Assembly (NCBI GenBank): GCA_963734635.1 | Contig: CAVTIA010000013.1 | Span: 14,649 to 78,648 of the forward strand | Source: an uncultured Acidobacteriota bacterium | GTDB taxonomy: Bacteria; Acidobacteriota; Vicinamibacteria; Vicinamibacterales; UBA2999 | Length of the DNA stretch: 64,000 nucleotides | Direction: 5' to 3' | Shown here: positions 52,477 to 60,258 of the stretch, in pieces | Layout of the letters: each line of letters begins with the position of its first letter | How positions within the stretch are numbered: position 1 is the first letter of the stretch | Position numbers and translations under genes: made by a program | The notes under the pieces: generated by a model | The model's database searches: none | What the model was told of the DNA's origin: nothing | Seen by the model: only the letters and a program-made list of their open reading frames with translations

Positions 52477-53646
52477 CTAAACCTTCGTCCGCGGCCGTCC
52501 TCTTGGCTTGCGGGGCGGCTTGTCGAGCGCAGCCAGCAGCATGTCGGCGGCGACGTCAGCGCCGCTCGTGTCGGCCTTTTTCTTCGGCTTGGGCTGTGCG
52601 AGCAGCTTATCCAGGTGCGAGTCCCACTTGCCAGCAAACAAATCTTCCTGGCTGATGAACGCGGAGCGCACGTACTTGGGCATTTCCTCCACGAGCACCT
52701 CGTACTCGGGGAAGTGGCCGCGGGACGTGTAGAGCACGGCAGTGTCGTTCGCGATCGATTCGGAGATGATGCCGTAGCCCGCCTTGGTCACTACGGCAGT
52801 CGCCGCGCCTACGAGGTCCTCGTACCGGACGCCTGCGTTGTACATCGCCTCTTCGTTCACTGAGACGAGCGACCCTCGGCGTTCCGACGGCGGCGCTTCC
52901 TTCTTCGTTCGCCCGACCGGCTGGCTTTCTACGGTGATGGCGACGTACCGCTTCAGCTTCGCGAGCGCGTCGGTATCGAGGCCGGGCACTCCGTAGGTAC
53001 CGAACGACGCCAGCACAAGCGGCTTGTCCGACGGCAGCTTGAGAAGCTTGGTGACCTCCTCCCGCGACCGTGTGGCGTGTCGGGCAATGAAGGGAATGTC
53101 CCGCACGTTCGCAAAGCTGTCGAAGCCCCCCGACATGGGCAGACGCAGCGCCATCGACGCCTTCGCATATGCACCGCGTATCGTTGGCAGCAGCGACGGC
53201 GCCAGCCGCACACGCGGATAGTCGGCGTAAATCCAGTCCCAGGTGAAGTTCCCCAGCGCAATCGACGGGATGCCCGCGGCCGCGCCGACGGCGAAGGCCA
53301 GCGGCGGGATGTCGCCCACGATCAGGCCCGCGCCGAGTTCGCGGAGCACGCGTGTTTCACTGGCGGCGCGGGTGACGAGGTCGCTATGAAATGACGACGC
53401 GCGTCGAATCGTATCGGCTTCGTCGAGCGTCAATGCGTCGATCTGGACGGCACCGGTGTCGCACTCGAGCGTACTGAACGCAACCTTGCCCTTGACCGAG
53501 AGGTCGAAGAGCCATCGAGGCGCCGCCGTGCGCACGCCGATGCGTGTTTCGGGCCTCTTTGCGAGAACCGCATTGATGACCTCGATAGTGCGTGAGGCGT
53601 GGCCGAAGCCATGGCCGGATACGTAGAAAACAATCGCGGCTGCCAC
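52477..53646 (-). CDS. GT-B-type glycosyltransferase (UDP-glycosyltransferase-like) with basic AT-hook-like C-terminal tail
   Basis: N-terminus FYVSGHGFGHASRTIEV. C-terminus ...KPKKKADTSG...DKPPRKPRGRPRTKV. Confidence 0.7.
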   Translation of the reverse strand: MAAAIVFYVSGHGFGHASRTIEVINAVLAKRPETRIGVRTAAPRWLFDLSVKGKVAFSTLECDTGAVQIDALTLDEADTIRRASSFHSDLVTRAASETRVLRELGAGLIVGDIPPLAFAVGAAAGIPSIALGNFTWDWIYADYPRVRLAPSLLPTIRGAYAKASMALRLPMSGGFDSFANVRDIPFIARHATRSREEVTKLLKLPSDKPLVLASFGTYGVPGLDTDALAKLKRYVAITVESQPVGRTKKEAPPSERRGSLVSVNEEAMYNAGVRYEDLVGAATAVVTKAGYGIISESIANDTAVLYTSRGHFPEYEVLVEEMPKYVRSAFISQEDLFAGKWDSHLDKLLAQPKPKKKADTSGADVAADMLLAALDKPPRKPRGRPRTKV

Positions 53647-56039
53647 TAACGGTCCGACTCGGCGTGCGTAGTTACGGTTTCAGCGTCTGTTGTTTGCGCC
53701 ATGGCACCTTCCGGGATGGCCACCCTAATCACCTCTTCCAACGTCTCGGCCGGGACGAAGGTCATCTCCCGTCGGATTTCGTCGGGGAGCTCCACGAGGT
53801 CTGGCTCGTTCAGCGCGGGAAGAACCACTGTCCTGATGCCGAACCGGTGCGCCGCAAGTGCCTTCTCTCGAATACCGCCGACGGGCAACACCAGCCCACT
53901 CAATGTAATCTCGCCGGTCATGGCCACGTCCTGACGGACCGGCCGGTCCAGGGCCGCCGAGAGGATTGCCGTCGCGATCGTTACGCCCGCCGACGGGCCG
54001 TCCTTCGGAATCGCCCCTGCTGGCACATGGACGTGCAGGTCGTGCCTGGCAAGGAAGTCCGGCGGAATCCCCAGCTCCACGGCCCGCGCGCGCAGATGGC
54101 TCACGGCCGCCCGCGCCGATTCCTGCATCACATTGCCGAGCTGGCCCGTGAGAATAATGTTCTGGTTTCCGCCTGGAAGCAAGGTCGCTTCGATGAACAG
54201 GACGTCGCCGCCGGCCTCGGTCCAGGCGAGGCCCGTCGCTACACCCGCGCGGGACGTACGAAATGCAACCTCTTTCTTGAAACGCGCCGGGCCGAGATAG
54301 TCGTCCACGTCAGAGCGGTCGACGACCGTTCCAGTCGCCGGCCCGCTCTCGGGCATGCGTGTCGCCAGACGGGCCGCGATTTTCCGGCAAATCGTGCCGA
54401 GCTGGCGCTCCAGACTGCGGACGCCGGCCTCGCGCGTGTATTCCGCAATGATGAGACGCAGGGCGGGATCCGTGATTTGCAGCGAGTCGTCCGGCAGCCC
54501 GTGTTCGCTCATCTGTCTGGGCAACAGGTACTTCCGCGCAATATGAACCTTCTCTTCCTCCGTGTATCCGGCAAGCCTGATGATTTCCATTCGATCGTGT
54601 AGCGCCGGATGAATCGTGTCGAGCTGGTTGGCGGTGGCGATGAACAGCACCCGCGAGAGGTCGATGGGCACCTCGACATAGTGGTCGCGAAAGGTATGGT
54701 TCTGTGCTGGATCGAGTACTTCCAGAAGCGCCGCCGCAGGGTCGCCCTGATAGCCCACTGAGACCTTGTCGATCTCATCGAGCATGAAAACGGGATTCAT
54801 CGATCCTGCCTGTTTGAGCGCCTGGACGATTCGGCCCGGCATGGCTCCGATGTAGGTACGGCGGTGCCCGCGAATCTCCGCTTCGTCGCGAATGCCGCCG
54901 AGCGAGATCCGGACGAATTTGCGCGCCATGGCACGCGCAATCGACTGTCCGAGCGACGTCTTGCCGACGCCGGGCGGGCCGACGAAACAGAGGATCGGCC
55001 CCTTCATGTCGCCTTTCAGCTTTCGCACGGCCAGGTACTCGACGATGCGTTCCTTGACTTTGTCGAGGTCGTAGTGATCCTCGTCGAGCACTTTTCGCGC
55101 TTCGACCGGGTCGATGCGGTCGGGAGTCGTCACGGCCCACGGCACATCGAGCAACCAGTCGATATACGTCCGCAGCATCTGGTATTCGGGCGAGGCAGGG
55201 CCCATCCGTGCCAGGCGATCGACTTCTCGCATGGCGGCCGCGTGCACGGACTCCGGGAGCTTCGCGTCCTCGACGCGCTGCCGCACCTCTGCGATCTCGT
55301 TGCCCTCGCCTTCACCGAGCTCCTGCTGGATAGCTTTGAGCTGCTGTCGCAGGTAGTACTGACGCTGGGCGTCGGTCATTTCCTGCTGCGCCTGCGACTC
55401 GATCCTCCCTTTGAGCTCGAGCAGAGAGATTTCACGTGTCAGCGCGTTGACGATGGTCTGGAGTTTCTTCGTGAGATCGATTTCCTCGAGCACGCCCTGT
55501 TTTTCTGGCGGTTTGATGTCGAGGAGCGATGCCAGCACGTACAGGAGTCGCAGCGGGTCATCGATGTTCATGACCACGCTGCGCAGCTCCTCCGACAGCC
55601 CCGTCGACAACGACAACGCCTTTTCAATGAGCTCCTGGATCCGGCGGACGTGCGCCTCGACTTCGATCGTGCGCTCGAACGTTTCGGGGAGTGGCGTAAT
55701 CCGGGCACGCATCGAGGTTCCGGTTCGCGTCACGACATCGGCGCGCGCCCTGGCGAGCCCCTCGACGATGATGTTGACGCCGCCGCCTCCCTTTGCCATC
55801 TGCCGAATAACAGCCACCGTCCCGACGCGGTGCACGTCGTCGGGCTCCGGATCGTCGTTGTCGTTTTGCTGGAGCACCAGGAATATCAGGCGGTCGGCGG
55901 CGAGCGCGCGATTTACGGACTCGATCGATACCGGCCGATTGACTGCAAGCGGCTGCAACGTGAGCGGGAACGCCACCGTGCGGCGAAGCGGCAGGATGGG
56001 AAGCTCCGACGGCAGTGTCGGTGGGGTGGGCTCAGCCAT
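53646..56039 (-). CDS. lon: ATP-dependent protease Lon (endopeptidase La)
   Basis: 797 aa. N-terminal LON domain, Walker A GPPGVGKTS, and catalytic PKDGPSAG. Confidence 0.95.
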   Translation of the reverse strand: MAEPTPPTLPSELPILPLRRTVAFPLTLQPLAVNRPVSIESVNRALAADRLIFLVLQQNDNDDPEPDDVHRVGTVAVIRQMAKGGGGVNIIVEGLARARADVVTRTGTSMRARITPLPETFERTIEVEAHVRRIQELIEKALSLSTGLSEELRSVVMNIDDPLRLLYVLASLLDIKPPEKQGVLEEIDLTKKLQTIVNALTREISLLELKGRIESQAQQEMTDAQRQYYLRQQLKAIQQELGEGEGNEIAEVRQRVEDAKLPESVHAAAMREVDRLARMGPASPEYQMLRTYIDWLLDVPWAVTTPDRIDPVEARKVLDEDHYDLDKVKERIVEYLAVRKLKGDMKGPILCFVGPPGVGKTSLGQSIARAMARKFVRISLGGIRDEAEIRGHRRTYIGAMPGRIVQALKQAGSMNPVFMLDEIDKVSVGYQGDPAAALLEVLDPAQNHTFRDHYVEVPIDLSRVLFIATANQLDTIHPALHDRMEIIRLAGYTEEEKVHIARKYLLPRQMSEHGLPDDSLQITDPALRLIIAEYTREAGVRSLERQLGTICRKIAARLATRMPESGPATGTVVDRSDVDDYLGPARFKKEVAFRTSRAGVATGLAWTEAGGDVLFIEATLLPGGNQNIILTGQLGNVMQESARAAVSHLRARAVELGIPPDFLARHDLHVHVPAGAIPKDGPSAGVTIATAILSAALDRPVRQDVAMTGEITLSGLVLPVGGIREKALAAHRFGIRTVVLPALNEPDLVELPDEIRREMTFVPAETLEEVIRVAIPEGAMAQTTDAETVTTHAESDR

Positions 56040-56093
56040 GCGGCTTTGGCCAGTTTAGCAGCAGGCAGCACTACCGACACCAACTACCGACGG

Positions 56094-56417
56094 GTGCTGT
56101 ACGCTTACATCGTGGACGAACGACACTTTTTCGATGAAAAGCCGGAGCAGCGACCTGCACGGCTGCAGTGTCCTCGATGCCGGCGCACTGGCGACTATTC
56201 GGTACGGTGGGTGCGGCGTACACGAAAAGCGCGGATTCCGTCCGGGGCGAATGAACGCGACCGCGCGTTGTTCGAAAAGGTCAAAGACCATCTCATCCGT
56301 GTGGACGATGAGGTCACGTGCAAGACATGCGGTAAGCGGTTCGAGATTCCTTCGCACCAGGCGTTGATCTTTCTGGAGCAGCTGGAAGGCCTACCAAAGG
56401 ACGATTACGACGAATGA
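56094..56417 (+). CDS. small zinc-ribbon protein (about 107 aa), divergent from lon
   Basis: This is the only part of ORF 54864..56417 lying outside the lon shadow. Contains LQCPRCRRTG...VTCKTCGKRF. The GTG 56094 start is tentative. Confidence 0.5.
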   Translation: MLYAYIVDERHFFDEKPEQRPARLQCPRCRRTGDYSVRWVRRTRKARIPSGANERDRALFEKVKDHLIRVDDEVTCKTCGKRFEIPSHQALIFLEQLEGLPKDDYDE

Positions 56418-56425
56418 GCCTCGCG

Positions 56426-57187
56426 TCAGTACACGCCTGGAAGAATCCGCCACCTTACACATGCCATGTAGCGTCCGTATGCATCGCCTGCCTGCGACCG
56501 CATCGTTCGTTCTTCGATCGGAATCGCGATGAGCAGATAGAGGCAGCTGACGATTGCGAACGTCAGCCGTGTCATCGTCATCGTCGGTGCTCCCCAGACG
56601 AACAGAAACCATCCCGCATAGATTGGGTGACGCACCCATCCGTACGGTCCTGCAGTCTTGAATTCCGTTTCGGAGGCCTGAAGGCCTCCGGCTACGACGG
56701 ATTCCCCTGGATCTGGTAGCCGGAGACCTTCAGGTGTCCGGACTCCTGCGAGCTCGAGGAAGTCCAGGGCGATGGCACTGCGGAGTGTCAGCCAGACGCC
56801 CGCGGCTTGAATCGCCGATGACACCCATGAGGCGGATCCGGTGGTCTGCCATGCGAGCCCGGCAACTGGCCTCCACCATGCACAGACGGCGATGAACAGG
56901 AGACTGGCTATCCAGACGTACACGGAGCGTTCGAGTTCCGCAGGAACCGTCTGCGCGACCCACCGGCGGATTCCGAGGCGCGCAAAGACACTGTGATGCA
57001 CAGCAAACAGCGTAAAGATCGTTACGTTCCACGTAACCGCACTTGCCGCGTCCCCGTCGCTTGTCACGACGCCGAAGCTCGTCAGATACGCAATGAAGAA
57101 ATACGCGAGCGAGACGACGAAGAGCAGTGCACCTGCGGCGCGGAAGAGTCGCGCGAAATGCGCAGATCGAGCCGCGTGAGCGCGCAC
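56426..57187 (-). CDS. membrane methyltransferase of the ICMT/PEMT/NnrU-like family
   Basis: Multi-TM protein. GPYGWVRHPIYAGWFLFVWG...IPIEERTM. Confidence 0.7.
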   Translation of the reverse strand: MRAHAARSAHFARLFRAAGALLFVVSLAYFFIAYLTSFGVVTSDGDAASAVTWNVTIFTLFAVHHSVFARLGIRRWVAQTVPAELERSVYVWIASLLFIAVCAWWRPVAGLAWQTTGSASWVSSAIQAAGVWLTLRSAIALDFLELAGVRTPEGLRLPDPGESVVAGGLQASETEFKTAGPYGWVRHPIYAGWFLFVWGAPTMTMTRLTFAIVSCLYLLIAIPIEERTMRSQAGDAYGRYMACVRWRILPGVY

Positions 57188-57209
57188 GGCCGAATATTAT
57201 AGTGACGTT

Positions 57210-58481
57210 ATGTCTGCCAACGGGCAGGCGCCTGGCGTGGTGATAACCGGCATCGGCGCGGTGTCGCCGTTCGGCGTTGGACGCGAGTCGTATTGGCATC
57301 ATCTGAGCCACGGCATCAGCGGGTGTCGAGCGATCACTCAGTTCGACGCGTCGTGTTATCCCTGCCGCGTTGCTGCTTCGGTTCCGCCTGTCACCATCGA
57401 TCAGGCGTTGCCACTCGAGGGTGAGAACGGCGACGGCCGTGCCGACCCCAAACGATACTCGCGGGCGGCGCTGTTCGGCGTCATCGCGGCGCGCGAAGCC
57501 TGGTGCGATGCCGGACTGCGAGCCGGCGAGCCACATGCCGGTGTTCTCATCGGCAGCGGCGGCGGCGGCATCGATGTCGGCGAGAAGCAATACCAGGATT
57601 TCTTCACGACGGGCGGACGCCATGTCACGCCGTACGCGATTGCGGTCGGTATCTGTGGCATGGTGTCGAGCGAAATCTCGATCGCGCTGCGGCTTCGAGG
57701 CCTCAGTCACGTCTTGTCGTGCGGCTGCACGAGTTCCACGGATGCGATCGGATACGCCGTGTCGCTCATTCGATCAGGCGAGTACGACGTGCTGCTGTCG
57801 GGAGGAACCGATGGCTGCGTGCTGCCGGGAATGATCTTCGGCTTCTCACGAATGCGCGCGGTATCGACGCGATACAACGATCGTCCGTCCGAGGCATCGC
57901 GCCCCTTTGACCGCGGGCGCGATGGGTTCGTCCTCGGCGAAGGCGCGTGGATGCTCGTGCTCGAGCGCGAAGATCGCGCGATTGCGCGCGGAGCGAAACC
58001 ATACGCGCGCGTCGAGGGATACGCGTCGACGTGCGACGCGTATCACCGTGTGCAGATGGACCCCGACGGCGACGAGATCATTCGTTGTATCGAAACCGCT
58101 CTGGCGAGGGCCCATCGACCGCCGACGGAAATCGGCTACGTGAACTATCACGGCACGTCGACACAGCTGAACGACGCGATTGAATCGCGCTGCGTACGTC
58201 GGGTTTTCGGCAAGCACGCCGACTCGGTCGCGGGATCGTCGACAAAATCGATGATCGGGCATCCTCAGGGTGCCAGCGGCGCCGCCGGTGTAGCGGCGAC
58301 CGCGTTGGCGCTCGCGCGCGGCGTGTTGCCTCCGACCATCAACCTCGCGGATCAGGATCCGGCGTGCGACATGGACTTCATTCCCAACGTGGCGCGCAAA
58401 GCCGACGTCGAAGCGGCGCTGTGCAACTGTCTCGGGTTCGGGTCGAAGAACAGCGCACTCGTGCTGGGACGCGTGCAGTGA
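57210..58481 (+). CDS. beta-ketoacyl-ACP synthase I/II-type (FabF-like) condensing enzyme
   Basis: Cys block LSCGCTSSTDAIG; His blocks YHGTSTQLND and GHPQGASGAAG (CHH triad). Confidence 0.85.
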   Translation: MSANGQAPGVVITGIGAVSPFGVGRESYWHHLSHGISGCRAITQFDASCYPCRVAASVPPVTIDQALPLEGENGDGRADPKRYSRAALFGVIAAREAWCDAGLRAGEPHAGVLIGSGGGGIDVGEKQYQDFFTTGGRHVTPYAIAVGICGMVSSEISIALRLRGLSHVLSCGCTSSTDAIGYAVSLIRSGEYDVLLSGGTDGCVLPGMIFGFSRMRAVSTRYNDRPSEASRPFDRGRDGFVLGEGAWMLVLEREDRAIARGAKPYARVEGYASTCDAYHRVQMDPDGDEIIRCIETALARAHRPPTEIGYVNYHGTSTQLNDAIESRCVRRVFGKHADSVAGSSTKSMIGHPQGASGAAGVAATALALARGVLPPTINLADQDPACDMDFIPNVARKADVEAALCNCLGFGSKNSALVLGRVQ

Positions 58482-59692
58482 CTCTTGCCTCGAGCCTTGT
58501 GGAGCATCTACCGCGAGTGGCGACGCGCCGGTTTCGTCCGACGACGGCCTCTGGCGTGCTCGTCGTCGGGGCAGGTCCGGCGGGCAGCGTGGCGGCGCTG
58601 ATTCTCGCGCGCGCCGGCGTCAGCGTCAGGCTCGTCGACAGAGCCAGCTTTCCACGTCCCAAGCTTTGCGGAGATACGGTGAACCCCGGCGCATTGTCCA
58701 TTCTCGACCGGCTTGGCATCGGTGCGGCCGTCCGCGCACATGCGCGCGCGTTCACCGGCATCGTCGTCACAGGACCCGGAGGCGCGACGGTCACCGCCGA
58801 CTACCCGCGCGGGATCGCTGGAGCCGCCGTCGAGCGGAGCCGGCTCGATCTGCTGCTGCTCAACGCGGCGATCGCGGCCGGCGCCGACTTCACGCCCGCG
58901 GTGAACGTCGTCGCGCCCACGATCGCTTCCGACGATGCCCGCGTCGACGGCGTGCGGATTCAGCAAGGCTGTCGAAGTGGAGAAATAAAGACGCGGCTCG
59001 TGATCGCAGCAGACGGGCGGCACTCGAAGCTTGCGGCCGTGCTGGGATTGACGCGATTTGCGCCGCGCCCGAAACGTTGGGCTTTCGGCGCCTATTTTGC
59101 GGACGTCGAAGGTTTGTCCGCGCGCGGAGAAATGCACGTCGGTATCGACGGATACACAGGCGTCGCTCCTCTGGTCGGCGGCCTTGCGAATGTCTGCGTC
59201 GTGCGCGAGTTGAAGGGGCCGTGGTCTCATGGGTCTCGGGGCGACGAAATCATCCGCGACGCAGTGGCCGGCAACGCAGGGCTGCGGCAACGCTTCGCGC
59301 GGGCGCGGCAGGTTTCGGCCGTCACCACGCTCGGACCGCTGGCCGTCGATACGATCGCGGCAGGACGCCCCGGCCTCCTGCTGGCTGGAGATGCGGCGGG
59401 CTTCGTCGACCCGATCACGGGCGATGGACTACGGTTCGCCTTCCGGGGTGGAGAGCTCGCAGCAGCCGCTGCGCTGGCGGAGCTCGAAGGCGGCCCGCTC
59501 CAGGCCCACGAGCGGCTGCGGTCGGCACGGGCCCGCGAGTTCTCAGGCAAATGGCGATTCAATCGCGCGCTCCGCTCGCTGATCGCGTCGCCGCGCGGCA
59601 TTGCCCTGACCGAAGCGCTTGCGACGTGGTGGCCGGCCGCGGTCGGCATGCTCGTCGGCATCGCGGGTGACGTTCATCTGGCCCGGGGCTGA
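58478..59692 (+). CDS. FAD-dependent oxidoreductase, geranylgeranyl-reductase-like
   Basis: GTG 58478 overlaps the KAS stop (GTGA). VLVVGAGPAGSVAALILARAGVSVRLVDR, LCGDTV and AGDAAGFVDPITGDG. Confidence 0.8.
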   Translation: MTLASSLVEHLPRVATRRFRPTTASGVLVVGAGPAGSVAALILARAGVSVRLVDRASFPRPKLCGDTVNPGALSILDRLGIGAAVRAHARAFTGIVVTGPGGATVTADYPRGIAGAAVERSRLDLLLLNAAIAAGADFTPAVNVVAPTIASDDARVDGVRIQQGCRSGEIKTRLVIAADGRHSKLAAVLGLTRFAPRPKRWAFGAYFADVEGLSARGEMHVGIDGYTGVAPLVGGLANVCVVRELKGPWSHGSRGDEIIRDAVAGNAGLRQRFARARQVSAVTTLGPLAVDTIAAGRPGLLLAGDAAGFVDPITGDGLRFAFRGGELAAAAALAELEGGPLQAHERLRSARAREFSGKWRFNRALRSLIASPRGIALTEALATWWPAAVGMLVGIAGDVHLARG

Positions 59693-59694
59693 CT

Positions 59695-60216
59695 ATGTCC
59701 CCGGTTCTCATTGCATCGCTCGCATCGCTGGCTGTTTTCGGCATGATGCTCGTCGAGTGGTGGATTTCAATGCGAAACGAGCGTCGGCTGCGGGATGCCG
59801 GCGCGATAGAGCCGGCTCAGGACGTGTATTCGACAATGCAGTGGGCATATCCGGTCGCATTTGCCGTGATGGCGGTCGAGGGTGCGATTTTCGGCTCGGG
59901 TTCCGTAGTTACGACATTCGCGGGCGCATTGCTGATGACGGCGTCCAAGGGGTTGAAGTTCTGGGCCATCGCCTCGCTCGGCTGGCGATGGACCTTCCGT
60001 GTTCTGGCGGTTCCCGGAGCGCCGCTTGTGGGCCATGGCCCCTACGCGATGCTGCGGCATCCGAACTACGTCGCTGTCATTGGCGAGCTGATGAGCGTGG
60101 CGGTGCTCGTCAATGCGTGGGTAACGGGGCCGTTGGTGACGGTCCTTTTCGGCCTTTTGCTTCGCAGTCGTATCTCGGTCGAAAACAGGGCGCTGCGGCA
60201 CCCCGCTTGCTCCTGA
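59695..60216 (+). CDS. isoprenylcysteine carboxyl methyltransferase (ICMT)-family membrane methyltransferase
   Basis: Starts 2 nt after the upstream stop. GPYAMLRHPNYVAVIGELM. Confidence 0.75.
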   Translation: MSPVLIASLASLAVFGMMLVEWWISMRNERRLRDAGAIEPAQDVYSTMQWAYPVAFAVMAVEGAIFGSGSVVTTFAGALLMTASKGLKFWAIASLGWRWTFRVLAVPGAPLVGHGPYAMLRHPNYVAVIGELMSVAVLVNAWVTGPLVTVLFGLLLRSRISVENRALRHPACS

Positions 60217-60258
60217 GCAGGTTGGCCACGTGACATATACTCTACGGACGGACCACCG

